NCBI GenBank assembly: GCA_963727805.1
Contig: CAVSHF010000003.1
Coordinates: 1,504,001-1,568,000, forward strand
Source of the DNA: an uncultured Nitrospiraceae bacterium
Lineage (GTDB): Bacteria; Nitrospirota; Thermodesulfovibrionia; Thermodesulfovibrionales; Dissulfurispiraceae
Direction: 5' to 3'
DNA: 64,000 bases
Below, in pieces: positions 1 to 10,182 of the stretch. Position 1 is the stretch's first letter; each line of letters opens with the position of its first letter. Both the position numbers and the translations under genes were made by a program. Under the pieces are notes generated by a model. The model had not been told where the DNA came from and searched no databases. It saw only the letters and a program-made list of their open reading frames with translations.

Positions 1-7
1 ATCCGCA

Positions 8-745
8 TTAATCGAACTCATGCCGGAATTCGTTCAGGAATTCCTGGATATCCGGATTCTCTGATTGTAACAGACCGGGTCGGTCTCCATCAAAGATAAT
101 TCTCCCGTTCTGCAGGAAAAGGAACCGCCGCGCCACCTTGAAAGCATCGATGACTTTGTGAGTGACGATGATCATCCCCGTTCCTTCCTTGCACAATTCG
201 TTGATAAGCCTGCATATCTTGTCGGCATTGACCGGATCGAGACCGGTCGTTGCTTCGTCGTAGAGAAACATCTTAGGCTCAAAGGCTGCAAGAGATCTGG
301 CTATAGCGACCCTGCGGTGCATGCCGCCGCTCAGTTCGTCAGGCATAAGATTTATTGCTTGTTCGACGCCAACGACCTTAAGAAGTTCTCGCACCTTGAC
401 ATCAATCTCTTCCTCCGACATTTTCGTGAATTCCCTTAGGCAAAAGGCGACATTCTCTTTCACGTTGAGTGAATCGAAGAGCGCACCTTCCTGAAAAACG
501 ATACTAAACTGCCTGCGAATGTCCCTGAGTTCGTCCTCCGGCGTGTCGGTAATGTCGGTCCCATCGACTAGAATATGCCCCGAATCGGCTCTTATGAGAC
601 CGAGAATCAGCTTCAGGATCGTCGTCTTTCCTTCCCCGCTGCCGCCTAGAATCGCTACACGTTCATCGGCACCGATGGATAAAGAGGCGGCTTCCAGAAC
701 AGGTTTCGGACCGTAGCCAAACGTGACATTATCAAAAACGATCAT
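8..745 (-). CDS. mlaF: MlaF-like ABC transporter ATP-binding protein
   Basis: Walker A GGSGEGKT, signature LSGGM and LYDEATTGLDP. Start moved to MIVFDNV (ATG 745), which overlaps the mlaE stop (ATGA). Confidence 0.88.
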   Translation of the reverse strand: MIVFDNVTFGYGPKPVLEAASLSIGADERVAILGGSGEGKTTILKLILGLIRADSGHILVDGTDITDTPEDELRDIRRQFSIVFQEGALFDSLNVKENVAFCLREFTKMSEEEIDVKVRELLKVVGVEQAINLMPDELSGGMHRRVAIARSLAAFEPKMFLYDEATTGLDPVNADKICRLINELCKEGTGMIIVTHKVIDAFKVARRFLFLQNGRIIFDGDRPGLLQSENPDIQEFLNEFRHEFD

Positions 746-1512
746 AGCGAAAACCCGAGGACATAAAGCAATATTCTTGTAAGGACAAAATCGGCCATGA
801 TTATCGCGACGATGGAGAAGACTACCGCCGTTGTAGTCGAACGCCTCAAACCGACAGCGCCGCCGCGTGTTGATAGCCCCATATAACAACTGATCGATGA
901 GATGATGAATCCGAAAACAAAAGGCTTGAAGGCCCCCAGAAAGACATTTCCGAAGGTGAGTTCGTACTGAATCGAGGTCCAGTAGACATACCCGCTCTGA
1001 TGACTTACATAGACAGCAATGTACCAGGCCCCGAAAAGGGAAACAGCGTCGCCGATAAGGGTAAGAGCCGGCAACATGATGATGGAGCTGAGTATCCTCG
1101 GCGTAACAAGCTTTTTAATCGGGTCGATACCAAAGACTCTGAGGGAGTCCACCTGATGGCCGAGGATCATGAGACCCAGCTCAGAGGCCATTCCAGCCCC
1201 CACCCTTCCGCAAAATACGAGGGCAGCGGCAACGGGCCCTATCTCGCTGATGATAGAGATACCCACCACCTTTCCGGTATACATTTTAAGTCCCATTACC
1301 GAAAGTTCCGCAGCAAGCCGAAGAGAGAGGGCCATCCCGATAAAAAGCAAAACAAGGCAGACGATGAGGAGTGAACCGGCCCCAGAGTAATCCATCTGTT
1401 CGATAAAATCATGGAAATAGAAAGGCCTTCTGAACATTCCGATTACGCCCTTGGCCGAAAGGAAGTAATATTCCTGCAGCTCGTCGACAGTGCGCTTCAG
1501 ATCTCTTTTCAT
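742..1512 (-). CDS. mlaE: MlaE family ABC transporter permease
   Basis: Motifs EIGPV, GRVGAGMASELG, QVDSLRVFGIDP and GGAVGL..STTTAVV; multiple TM segments. Confidence 0.9.
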   Translation of the reverse strand: MKRDLKRTVDELQEYYFLSAKGVIGMFRRPFYFHDFIEQMDYSGAGSLLIVCLVLLFIGMALSLRLAAELSVMGLKMYTGKVVGISIISEIGPVAAALVFCGRVGAGMASELGLMILGHQVDSLRVFGIDPIKKLVTPRILSSIIMLPALTLIGDAVSLFGAWYIAVYVSHQSGYVYWTSIQYELTFGNVFLGAFKPFVFGFIISSISCYMGLSTRGGAVGLRRSTTTAVVFSIVAIIMADFVLTRILLYVLGFSL

Positions 1513-2402
1513 TCAGGCACCCTTTTCCATCTGCGATGGATCCAGAGCCATTCAGCCGGATGTTCCCTGATGAAATTTTCGATATGGCTGCTGAAGGCCT
1601 TCGTATCTTCAATGAGCGCCTTTTCCGCATCCTTTTCCTGCGAAAGGACGACTGCTGGAAAGATCGTACCGATGTGTCTGCCACCCTCCCGGTAGATAAA
1701 GGCTGGGAGTACCGCCGCTCCCATCTTTCGTGCGATAAGAGCCGGGCCCTTCATCGTCCATGCCGGCCGACCGAGAAAGTCGATTATAAATCCTTCATCG
1801 GGTAATACGGCTTGGTCCATAAGTATGCCTATTCCCCTGTTTTGTCTTAACTCCGAAACGATGGCCATCAGAGCACCCTGCTTATAGACGATCCTATTTC
1901 CATATCGTGCTCTTGCCCTCTCCACAAGTCTGTTAAGATAGGGATTGTTCTGCGCCCGTGCGATTACGGCAAATGGTTCTACTCGCGCGCCGAATCCAAG
2001 GGCGGTCATTTCCCAGTTTCCGCAATGACCGGTAATGAATAGTATGCCTTTGCCCTTTGCCTTGGCATTGACGAAGTTCTCAAATCCGGTAATCTCAATA
2101 GCATCTATCATCTCTCTACCAAGGCCGAAATAGATCTTGATGACCTCGACAAGCGACCTGCCGAGGTTCATGAAGCTTTTGCGTGCGACCGAATAAGGCG
2201 AAGCATTAAGCTTCAGCCCTCCGGCCTTCACCGCCTTTTCGATATTCTCGATAGCGATCTTTCTCCTGCTGCGCCAGAGGTAAAATACGAGCACTCCCAG
2301 AAGATCACCCGCTTTCAAGGCTATGGTTCTGGGCAGCACGGCAAAAGGCAACGCTAAGGCAACGACAATCACTGCCTCAACAAACCACTTAATTCTCTTC
2401 AT
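1509..2402 (-). CDS. Lipid A late acyltransferase (LpxL/HtrB family)
   Basis: Motifs TGHCGNWE, LMDQ, FLGRPA and PAEWLWIHRRWK. Confidence 0.9.
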   Translation of the reverse strand: MKRIKWFVEAVIVVALALPFAVLPRTIALKAGDLLGVLVFYLWRSRRKIAIENIEKAVKAGGLKLNASPYSVARKSFMNLGRSLVEVIKIYFGLGREMIDAIEITGFENFVNAKAKGKGILFITGHCGNWEMTALGFGARVEPFAVIARAQNNPYLNRLVERARARYGNRIVYKQGALMAIVSELRQNRGIGILMDQAVLPDEGFIIDFLGRPAWTMKGPALIARKMGAAVLPAFIYREGGRHIGTIFPAVVLSQEKDAEKALIEDTKAFSSHIENFIREHPAEWLWIHRRWKRVPE

Positions 2403-4852
2403 TTGTCCTCATTGTCGCCATCCTTCTTTTCCTGCTGCTCGTCCTCTTTCCCCTTTTTCTTTTCGAGTGCTACAGATATTTCCTCAAGCCGCTTCACAAC
2501 GAGGTAATTCACACTACCCTCGGGATATGCACCGTCATCCTTAAGCTCTCCAGCCGGCATGCCAGAGAGAAGTTCGAGTCCCTCTTCGACCCTGTCGATA
2601 GCGTATATTGAGAATTTGCCGTCTTTTACGGCATCGATCACTTCCTGCTTGAGCATAAGGTGCTTTATATTTCTCCGTGGGATAATAACGCCGTGGCTCC
2701 CATCAAGACCCCTAATCTTGCAGAGATGATAGAACCCCTCGATCTTTTCGTTTACCCCGCCAATGGGCTGGACATCACCATTTTGATCCATCGAGCCAGT
2801 AAGGGCAAAACTCTGCTTGAGAGGCACGCCCGAAATGCTGCTCAGGAGCGCGTAGAATTCGGCACATGTTGCGCTGTCACCTTCGATCATCTCGTAAAGC
2901 TGCTCGAAGGTGATGGATGCCGATAGGCTAATGGGCTTTTTCATAGCATATTTCGACCCAAGATAGCTCGTGATAATCATGATCGCCTTTTCATGAATGC
3001 GGCCGCTCATCTTCGTCTCACGCTCAATGTTGACAACTCCGGCCTTGCCGACATAGGTTTTTGCCGATATCCTTGAAGGCTTTCCAAAGCTGTAATCGCC
3101 TAAGTCCAGGACCGCCAGGCCATTCACCTGGCCTACTTTCTCGCCTGATGTATTGACGATAAGCGTATCCTCGACCATCATTTCCTGAAGGGTCTCTTCG
3201 ATCCTGTTTACCCGGTAAATCCGTTCGTCGAGCGCCTTAACGATATGCTTGGCACCGACAAGGCTGCTTCCCTCTTTTTTTGCCCAATAGTCGGACTCGC
3301 GCAAAAGGTCGGCAACCTCGCTAAACCTGGTCGAGAGTTTATCTTGATGGGCAGCAAGCCTCGAGCCGTATTCCACGACCTTTGCCACACCTTCATTGTC
3401 GAACGGTAGCAGACTATCGTCTTTCTGGCATGAAGCGATAAATGCGGCATATTTCACCATCGTTTCCGGTGTCCTCGCCATCCGGCTGTCAAAATCCGCC
3501 TTTACCTTGAAAAGCTCGCGGTACTCATCGTCGAGATTGTAAAGCATATAGTACAAATTAGGAATGCCTGTGAGAATGACCTTCACACTGAGGGGGATTG
3601 CCTCAGGTTTCATCGCGGTGGTACTCATGAGACGATACTGCTCCCAAACATCTTCGAACCTAATCTCGCGGTTCTTAATGGCCCTTTTGAGGCTGTCGTA
3701 AGAAAATATATTCTTAAGCAGGTCAAGGGCATTAATTACGATATAACCTCCGTTGGCTCGATGAAGCGATCCAGCTTTCATCATTGTGAAGTCGGTCAGG
3801 GCCATTCCATACTGGACCTTGTATTCAAGCTTGCCGAAAAGATTGAGATAAGTCGGATTGCTCTCAAAGACTACGGGAGCGCCCATCTTTTCACCATTAT
3901 TTACGATCACGTTGACGACATACCGGGCAAAGGAGGTCTCAGGCTTAGGCATCTTCAAAAAAGGAAGGGGCGAGGGTGCCTGTTCCTCAGTTGTTTTGAA
4001 ATCCTCGAGATGAGAGAGAAGGTCCTCCTTAACCGCTTCAAGATAAGCGGGTATCTTCATGTGATCTCTATATTTGTCCCCGAGCTCGTCGATTAAATGC
4101 CCGACTGCTCCGAGGGCGATCTGACGCTCAAGCTTGTTGAGCATATCCTTCAACAGCTTCTCTGCCTCACGCACCGAACGAGCGATATCATTCAACTTTT
4201 CCTGAAGCATCTTCCCTATTTCTGCCGCACGAGACTTGGTATTCTCATCGAGTGCAGCGAATTCCTCTTCGGTGAGCGCCTCGCCCGACTTTTTGACGGG
4301 GACGATGAAGAGCCCTTGCGGCCCACGCCTGATGGCGAAACCCTTGGAAAGGGCCTCCTCATCGAGACTGGAAAAAAGTTCCCTCTGCTTTTGCTGAAAC
4401 TCCTCGACAATATTACTACGCTGCTTTTCGTACTCCTTCGACTCAAAGACCCTGGGTATCTCCACAGTAAGACTTTTGATGAGATCACTCATGTCCTTTT
4501 GGAAGACAGTGGCTTTACCTGGCTCAAGCGAAATGGCCAGCGGTGCATCGGGATCCTTGAAGTTATAAACATAACACCAATCGTTGGGAACCGGCTCGTG
4601 AGATGCCTTTTCCAATAATATGGTCCTGATCGCGCGCGACTTACCAGTCCCGGCCTCCCCGAGTGCAAAAATATTGAATCCCTTGTTTGACAGCGAAAGT
4701 CCGAAATCTATGGATTTGAGTGCCCGCTCCTGTCCTATCAACTCGCTCAGATCAAGAATTTCCTCAGTTGTGCTAAATTTGAAGAAATCGGGTTCACAGC
4801 GTCGGTACAAATCTTCGTTCTTCAATTTGACTGCCATGAGTTCCTCCTGCAT
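2399..4852 (-). CDS. Lon-like ATP-dependent protease (AAA_32 + Lon_C)
   Basis: IGQERA, GEAGTGKS, GSLHRANGGY, catalytic EGDSAT and PIGGVNEKIEGF. Confidence 0.92.
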   Translation of the reverse strand: MQEELMAVKLKNEDLYRRCEPDFFKFSTTEEILDLSELIGQERALKSIDFGLSLSNKGFNIFALGEAGTGKSRAIRTILLEKASHEPVPNDWCYVYNFKDPDAPLAISLEPGKATVFQKDMSDLIKSLTVEIPRVFESKEYEKQRSNIVEEFQQKQRELFSSLDEEALSKGFAIRRGPQGLFIVPVKKSGEALTEEEFAALDENTKSRAAEIGKMLQEKLNDIARSVREAEKLLKDMLNKLERQIALGAVGHLIDELGDKYRDHMKIPAYLEAVKEDLLSHLEDFKTTEEQAPSPLPFLKMPKPETSFARYVVNVIVNNGEKMGAPVVFESNPTYLNLFGKLEYKVQYGMALTDFTMMKAGSLHRANGGYIVINALDLLKNIFSYDSLKRAIKNREIRFEDVWEQYRLMSTTAMKPEAIPLSVKVILTGIPNLYYMLYNLDDEYRELFKVKADFDSRMARTPETMVKYAAFIASCQKDDSLLPFDNEGVAKVVEYGSRLAAHQDKLSTRFSEVADLLRESDYWAKKEGSSLVGAKHIVKALDERIYRVNRIEETLQEMMVEDTLIVNTSGEKVGQVNGLAVLDLGDYSFGKPSRISAKTYVGKAGVVNIERETKMSGRIHEKAIMIITSYLGSKYAMKKPISLSASITFEQLYEMIEGDSATCAEFYALLSSISGVPLKQSFALTGSMDQNGDVQPIGGVNEKIEGFYHLCKIRGLDGSHGVIIPRRNIKHLMLKQEVIDAVKDGKFSIYAIDRVEEGLELLSGMPAGELKDDGAYPEGSVNYLVVKRLEEISVALEKKKGKEDEQQEKKDGDNEDK

Positions 4853-4856
4853 TTTT

Positions 4857-4912
4857 CATCCCGGTCTGCCAGGATCATTCTTCGAAAAAGAATCCCGACT
4901 AGCGGGAATGAC
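4857..4912. repeat. REP-like intergenic palindromic element (degenerate)
   Basis: The minus strand reads GTCATTCCCGCTAGTCGGGATTCTT..., the GTCATTCC(C/G)G..GGAATGAC type of dispersed repeat. Single copy in this window. Confidence 0.45.
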
Positions 4913-4973
4913 ATAGTGTAATCACGCACATGTGCCTTAATGAACAACTTAACCACTCGCAAACCTACTTTAC

Positions 4974-5849
4974 TTATTTTGCCCTGGGATGGTGGTCGAG
5001 ATAGGCCTTCCGAATCCTATCTGCCGAGACCTTCGTATAAATCTGAGTCGTCGATATGTCTTCGTGGCCGAGCATCTTTTGTACCGATCTCAGATCGGCC
5101 CCACCGTCAAGCAGATGTGTTGCAAACGAATGCCTGATGGTATGCGGCGTTATCTGTAGTCCGGCGAGGGCGCCCAGCTTCTTGAGCGCCTGCCAGAACC
5201 GCTGTCTAGTCATGGGCCTGCCCCTGTTGGTAAGAAACAGAAAAGGCGATTGTCTGCCCTTGAGCAGAAACGGTCTCAGCTCTAGTACATATTTCCTGAT
5301 CTTTTCCGCAGCCCGGCGGTTCATCGGAACGATCCGCTCCTTCGATCCCTTGCCGAAAACTCTCAAAAATCCGGCCTCGAAGTTGAGATCATTGACTTTG
5401 CTCGATATGACCTCGCTCACCCTGAGCCCCGATGAATACATTAGTTCGAGCATCGCAGAATCCCGAACAAAAGTCTCGCTCTTTATCTCTGTTTCAAACA
5501 AAGTCTTGATATCTTCCAAACTCAACGCCTTCGGTAGCCTGTCCCACTGTTTTGGGCTTCTCAGGGTTTCAGTGGGGTCCTCGAAAATGATCTTTTCGGT
5601 AATGAGATATCGGGAGAATCCCTTAATCGAAGAGATAAAGCGGCATACGCTTGCCGTGGAATATCCGGTATCCTTAAGCCGTCCGAGATAATTGACGATA
5701 TCCTGGCGCGTAAAAGAGCCTGGATCTCCGCCACTCTCGGAGAGAGATCCGAAAAACCCCTTCAGATCGGTGGCATAGGATGCTACAGTATTTTTGGAAA
5801 GCCCTCTCTCGACTGAAAGATAGGAGATGAAGGATCTAAGCACATCCAC
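4974..5849 (-). CDS. xerD: Site-specific tyrosine recombinase XerD
   Basis: YSSGLRVSE, GKGSKER, TPHTIRHSFATHLL and LGHEDISTTQIYT. Confidence 0.92.
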   Translation of the reverse strand: MDVLRSFISYLSVERGLSKNTVASYATDLKGFFGSLSESGGDPGSFTRQDIVNYLGRLKDTGYSTASVCRFISSIKGFSRYLITEKIIFEDPTETLRSPKQWDRLPKALSLEDIKTLFETEIKSETFVRDSAMLELMYSSGLRVSEVISSKVNDLNFEAGFLRVFGKGSKERIVPMNRRAAEKIRKYVLELRPFLLKGRQSPFLFLTNRGRPMTRQRFWQALKKLGALAGLQITPHTIRHSFATHLLDGGADLRSVQKMLGHEDISTTQIYTKVSADRIRKAYLDHHPRAK

Positions 5850-6630
5850 AGACCTTTTTCTCTCCCATGCATTCTTCTATACCCGAAAGGGTCTTCATCT
5901 TGTCGTATAACACCCCGGCTATCTTCAGCAGGTGTTTTGTGTCTTCCATATTATAAATAAGAAGCCTCTCCATCGCCTCAGAGCTCCCCCTTCTTGCCTG
6001 CTCCCACAGCTTCACGGCATCGTAGCCGTTCATCCCCCTGACACTCTCCTGTCTCTCAATGCCAAGCATCTGTTCAAGTTTCTTGAGACCTCCATTCATA
6101 TCAAGCCTTCGCGCCGTAAAACAGAGGTCGAAATGAGGAATGTTAAACTTCACTCCTGGGAATGTCCTGAGCAGGAATGGAATATCAAAGGCAGCCCCAT
6201 AAAAAGTGATCAGACATTTGTAGCCTTCGAGTTCGTGGTTCAGATTTTCGACAGTAAGGTCCTCGTCCCTCACAAGGCAGCGGCAGTCGTAGCCGTCGTA
6301 AAGCCCGACAACTGTCGCATATCCACCAGCGCCCGGCTGCAGGCCGTTCGTCTCTATATCGAGGCATACAGCACCCTCACCAAAGACTTCAAAAAGACGC
6401 CAGTGTTCTCGTCGTTTCAGGATCCGTGCGAAGTACTCAGCATTCCCGACGCCAAGTTCAATTGACGCACGAGTCAGCAGGTCGTCATAACCAATTTTCC
6501 TTTCAGGACTGATACCGTCTATCTCTCCGGTCTGCAAGAAATCATCCCACGTGAGAATACCTTTTTTCCAGAGACTACGTTCGAGTTTTTCCCCAATACC
6601 GTTGAGCAGGGAAAAAGTATGGCGTATCAC
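5836..6630 (-). CDS. RNase H-like (YprB/RNase_H_2) exonuclease
   Basis: DEDD-type motifs LDIETNG, TFYGAAFDIPFL, HFDL and YNMED. Confidence 0.85.
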   Translation of the reverse strand: MIRHTFSLLNGIGEKLERSLWKKGILTWDDFLQTGEIDGISPERKIGYDDLLTRASIELGVGNAEYFARILKRREHWRLFEVFGEGAVCLDIETNGLQPGAGGYATVVGLYDGYDCRCLVRDEDLTVENLNHELEGYKCLITFYGAAFDIPFLLRTFPGVKFNIPHFDLCFTARRLDMNGGLKKLEQMLGIERQESVRGMNGYDAVKLWEQARRGSSEAMERLLIYNMEDTKHLLKIAGVLYDKMKTLSGIEECMGEKKVCGCA

Positions 6631-6936
6631 ACAATGCTCCTTTTTTGTTTCTATTATACCCTTTATGAGTAATCATAACAATATTGATAAATTGGGGGAA
6701 TGTTGAAATAGACTTACTTCACAAGAAGTTGAGTGCACGCAAGGTGCGCGTCTTGAAGAAACTCAATCCTGGGATTATGAATCCATAACTTGCCTGACCC
6801 GACTTTCATTATTATCCGGCAAATAGCGTTGTAACTACTTTAGGAAAACTTCCGATGAGCATTGGGAAGATAGTGGATTTCATCGGCTAATTCCTGTCGT
6901 GCGAAACGATAGCCGATACATATTATCAAAATAATC

Positions 6937-6966
6937 TTGACATTAAATTTCTATCAGGCGTATATT
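6937..6966 (+). promoter_or_regulatory. sigma70 promoter upstream of leader/GNAT-cupin
   Basis: TTGACA (6937-42), 18 nt, TATATT (6961-66). Confidence 0.6.
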
Positions 6967-7087
6967 TATATTCATGTTTTTAACGAAGCTGATCTTCAAA
7001 AGAACCATTGATAAGGCTTGGCATACAATGCCATGGCTGAAGGGGTATTCTATTAGCTCTTAGTAGAAGGCGATCAGAAAATCTCAG

Positions 7088-7119
7088 AGGCCACGGAACG
7101 ATCTCCGTGGCTTTTTTTT
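7088..7119 (+). terminator. Intrinsic terminator in the 5' leader (attenuator candidate)
   Basis: GCCACGGA-acgatc-TCCGTGGC followed by T8, 56 nt before the GNAT-cupin ATG. Confidence 0.75.
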
Positions 7120-7175
7120 ATTTTACCCATGAAGCGTATGCAGATAAATGGATGTACCCATGAGGAGACCGATGC

Positions 7176-7994
7176 ATGATACGCAAATGCACTAGAAACG
7201 ACTTCGACCTAATGTATTCAATTATCAACGATGCCGCGAGCGCGTACAAAGGAATAATCCCTCCGGATCGATGGAAAGTGCCCTACATGTCACAGGATGA
7301 ACTGCGTCATGAGCTTCGCGAAGGCGTCGCCTTTTGGGGATATGTACATGACGGTGAACTGACGGGCGTTATGGGGATTCAACCCGTACAGGACATTACG
7401 CTCATCCGGCATGCCTATGTCAGAACCGAGAAACGGAATCAGGGTATAGGAAGTAAGTTGCTCGACTATCTTCTCAAACTGATAACAACACCTGTCCTCA
7501 TCGGCACTTGGGCGGATGCCGGTTGGGCAGTCCGTTTCTATGAGAAAAACGGGTTTCAACTAGTATCTATAGAAGAGAAGAACCGACTATTAAAAAAGTA
7601 TTGGGCCATTCCGGAACGTCAGGTCGAAACATCGGTAGTTCTGGCAGATCACCGGTGGCTAGCTCGGGCAGTCAAAGCTTATTCTCAGAACGACCCAACT
7701 TTAAGGCAGGCGGTACCGGGTGCAAAGATGTGGGCGGTAGCATTGAAGAAGAGCATGCTTAGTTATTTTGAGCTTGAGCCGAACATGCAGTTTCCCGAGC
7801 ATGCACATGAAGCTGAGCAAATAACGATGGTCTTGGAAGGCCAACTAACCTTTGCCTTTGAGGGCAAGACAGTTGTTCTCGGCAAGGGCGCTGTCGTCGC
7901 TATACCGTCCAATGCGTCACATTCTGCATCTACTGGCAGTGCACCATGTATGGCAGTGGACGCGTGGTCGCCAGTCGGAAAGGAATATTTATAA
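7176..7994 (+). CDS. GNAT acetyltransferase fused to a C-terminal cupin
   Basis: RHAYVR..RNQGIGSKLL..AVRFYEKNGF (GNAT), followed by FPEHAHEAEQ..VLEG..IPSNASH (cupin). Confidence 0.82.
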   Translation: MIRKCTRNDFDLMYSIINDAASAYKGIIPPDRWKVPYMSQDELRHELREGVAFWGYVHDGELTGVMGIQPVQDITLIRHAYVRTEKRNQGIGSKLLDYLLKLITTPVLIGTWADAGWAVRFYEKNGFQLVSIEEKNRLLKKYWAIPERQVETSVVLADHRWLARAVKAYSQNDPTLRQAVPGAKMWAVALKKSMLSYFELEPNMQFPEHAHEAEQITMVLEGQLTFAFEGKTVVLGKGAVVAIPSNASHSASTGSAPCMAVDAWSPVGKEYL

Positions 7995-7997
7995 GAA

Positions 7998-9167
7998 ATG
8001 AAAAAATTCGATCTTAAAGTGCTTTTACTGCTGGCACTGGGACATTGTATGACCGATATCTATCAGGGCGCTCTTCCGGCGGCATTGCCATTTCTCAGGG
8101 ATAAGCTCAGCCTTACGTATACCTCAGCTGGGATTATTCTGATTGCATCGAACCTTGCGTCATCAGTGGTACAGCCATTATTTGGATTCTATTCGGACAG
8201 GAAGGAGAAGCCTCTTCTGCTGCCTATGGGGTGCCTCTGCGCCGGACTAGGGTTTTCTCTGTTGGCCTTCCCTTCGAATTATACTATCATTCTGTCGCTT
8301 GTTCTCCTCAGTGGGTTCGGCGTGGCTGCTTACCATCCGGAAGGGTTCAAAACAGCATCCTACTTTACCGGCGACAAAGTCGCTACCGGTATGTCGGTAT
8401 TCTCTGTTGGCGGGAACCTGGGGTTTGCTCTCGGACCTATGGCTTCCCTGTTCATTCTCAAACACTACGGCCTCTCATTTCTTCCGTGGATGATTTTGCC
8501 TGCATTACTTTTCGTTCTGCTTATTGCTGTTTTCTGGAAAACAATCCTGGTCCCTGGCCGAGTGAATACCGGAGACGAGAAGAAATCTCTAACGAAATCG
8601 CAGAATTCCGCTTATGCAGCTTTATCGCTCGTAATCGCTACGGTCATAATGCGCTCATGGACTCAGTTCGGCCTTATAACGTACGTTCCTTTTTACTATA
8701 TTGATTATCTAAAAGGCGATCCCATGTACGCAGGGAAGCTCGTCTCGACCTTTCTCCTGAGCGGTGTACTCGGCACGCTGATCGGAGCACGTCTGGCCGA
8801 TCGATGGGGTCATAAACGCTTTGTGATAATTTCATTCGCCGTAGCCTCGGCAGTGTTTCCGCTTATCTTTGTTGCAAAGGGATATGCCTTGTTTCTGATA
8901 TTCGGTTTTTTCGGCTTCGTCCTTATTTCCTCGTTTGCCGTCACTACCGTAATGTCACAGCGGTTGCTCCCAGGAAATGTAGGCATGGCATCGGGTCTAA
9001 CGGTGGGATTCGCGATCGGTACGGGCGGCATTGGAGTCACTGTTTTAGGGGTGATCGCAGATGCGTATGGCGTCCCCGCCGCTCTGAAATTCATCACAAT
9101 ACTCCCCGTACTAGGATTTATCATCAGCCTGTTTATCCGGTATCCATTATATCAACGAGAACAATGA
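7998..9167 (+). CDS. MFS transporter, Fsr-like
   Basis: VQPLFGFYSDR, G.AAYHPEG and FSVGGNLGFALGP; about 12 TM segments. Confidence 0.87.
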   Translation: MKKFDLKVLLLLALGHCMTDIYQGALPAALPFLRDKLSLTYTSAGIILIASNLASSVVQPLFGFYSDRKEKPLLLPMGCLCAGLGFSLLAFPSNYTIILSLVLLSGFGVAAYHPEGFKTASYFTGDKVATGMSVFSVGGNLGFALGPMASLFILKHYGLSFLPWMILPALLFVLLIAVFWKTILVPGRVNTGDEKKSLTKSQNSAYAALSLVIATVIMRSWTQFGLITYVPFYYIDYLKGDPMYAGKLVSTFLLSGVLGTLIGARLADRWGHKRFVIISFAVASAVFPLIFVAKGYALFLIFGFFGFVLISSFAVTTVMSQRLLPGNVGMASGLTVGFAIGTGGIGVTVLGVIADAYGVPAALKFITILPVLGFIISLFIRYPLYQREQ

Positions 9168-9371
9168 CAGTACCTGCCTGTTTTATCACAATCATTTTCC
9201 CCTTTTGAAAAGGACTCGCATTAGTACGGCAATGATGGCCATTACGCCGACGACGACTGGATATCCGCACAGCCATTCGAGTTCCGGAAAAAGCGAATCC
9301 GCTGAACTATCCCTTATGCGCGATGCTGGTATTTATGAACTATCTCCACCCCATTCAGGTGGACTCTAAAA

Positions 9372-9512
9372 ATGGCGGGCGTCGAATTGCTAAATGTCGA
9401 TTGACTGAAGGAAGAAAGAGGGAACTCATTCACTAAAAGGGTCGCTTTATTGACTGCAGTCTTCGCCGTTATACTTGCCATATGCTCCCTTGGCTGGAAC
9501 AACTCTAAAAAC
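9372..9512 (+). pseudogene. 5' fragment of a DUF4337-like membrane protein
   Basis: Reads MAGVELLNVD*LKEERGNSFTKRVALLTAVFAVILAICSLGWNNSK with an in-frame TGA at 9402. Truncated against the convergent cyclase. Family assigned from memory. Confidence 0.5.
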
Positions 9513-9544
9513 AAACGTAGCCCAAAGCTTTTGCACTGTGGGGA

Positions 9545-10171
9545 TTATGCGCTCTCACTCACCAGCGCAATTACGCGGACTGGTGCTGCTTCGGCCTTGA
9601 ACTTCGCCGGCAACGCACAGACTTCAAACACAACAATGCCGAGCAGGCTTTCGAGGTTTGTCAGATTCTCTATGATCAGCACATCTCCTGAGAGCAATAT
9701 CCGATGGATTAGAAACGGCGTTCGGTCGGGACTGGCTGTATCCAAGCCCACAATGCTCACTCCCGCCTTCACGAGCTCCTCGGCAAATGATTCTGTCATA
9801 TCAGGATAATCGCTATAATAAGACGCATGATGGTACTGCTCGGAAAAACCGGTCAACACAAGGACAATATCATTCTGCTGAAGCTGCACTCCCGAGAGAA
9901 GATCATCGTCTATCATTTCCTTCCCACGCGCGTCGATCAGAACGCCCCGCCCGATGAATTTCTCCACCGGGATTTCAGAGAGAGATTTCCCGTTTTTGAA
10001 CATATGAAGCGGACTGTCCATGTGGGTCCCCGTATGCATGCACGTTTTCACCTGTGAGAGTGTGAAGCCCCCTACGGGGATGTCGGTCAAACGGATTATC
10101 TCCGGCTCAGGATCGCCAGGATAGACAGGCATGGCATCATCAAAGGTATGGGTCAGGTCGATGAGCTTCAT
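9545..10171 (-). CDS. Cyclase family protein (kynurenine formamidase-like)
   Basis: MKLIDLTH, PVYPGDP, HTGTHMDSPLH and IIENLTNL. Start moved to 10171. Confidence 0.9.
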   Translation of the reverse strand: MKLIDLTHTFDDAMPVYPGDPEPEIIRLTDIPVGGFTLSQVKTCMHTGTHMDSPLHMFKNGKSLSEIPVEKFIGRGVLIDARGKEMIDDDLLSGVQLQQNDIVLVLTGFSEQYHHASYYSDYPDMTESFAEELVKAGVSIVGLDTASPDRTPFLIHRILLSGDVLIIENLTNLESLLGIVVFEVCALPAKFKAEAAPVRVIALVSESA

Positions 10172-10182
10172 GGCTAATCTCG

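Noticed and set aside
4974..5849. Tyrosine recombinase as the integrase for the 42-52 kb region
   Set aside because: Typical housekeeping XerD in a core operon 36 kb away.
6720..6920. Several hairpins suggesting an ncRNA
   Set aside because: Single copy with no recognisable family or terminator; cannot be supported.
9402..9404. In-frame TGA as selenocysteine
   Set aside because: No redox motif or clear SECIS, and the gene is truncated, so a pseudogene is more likely.
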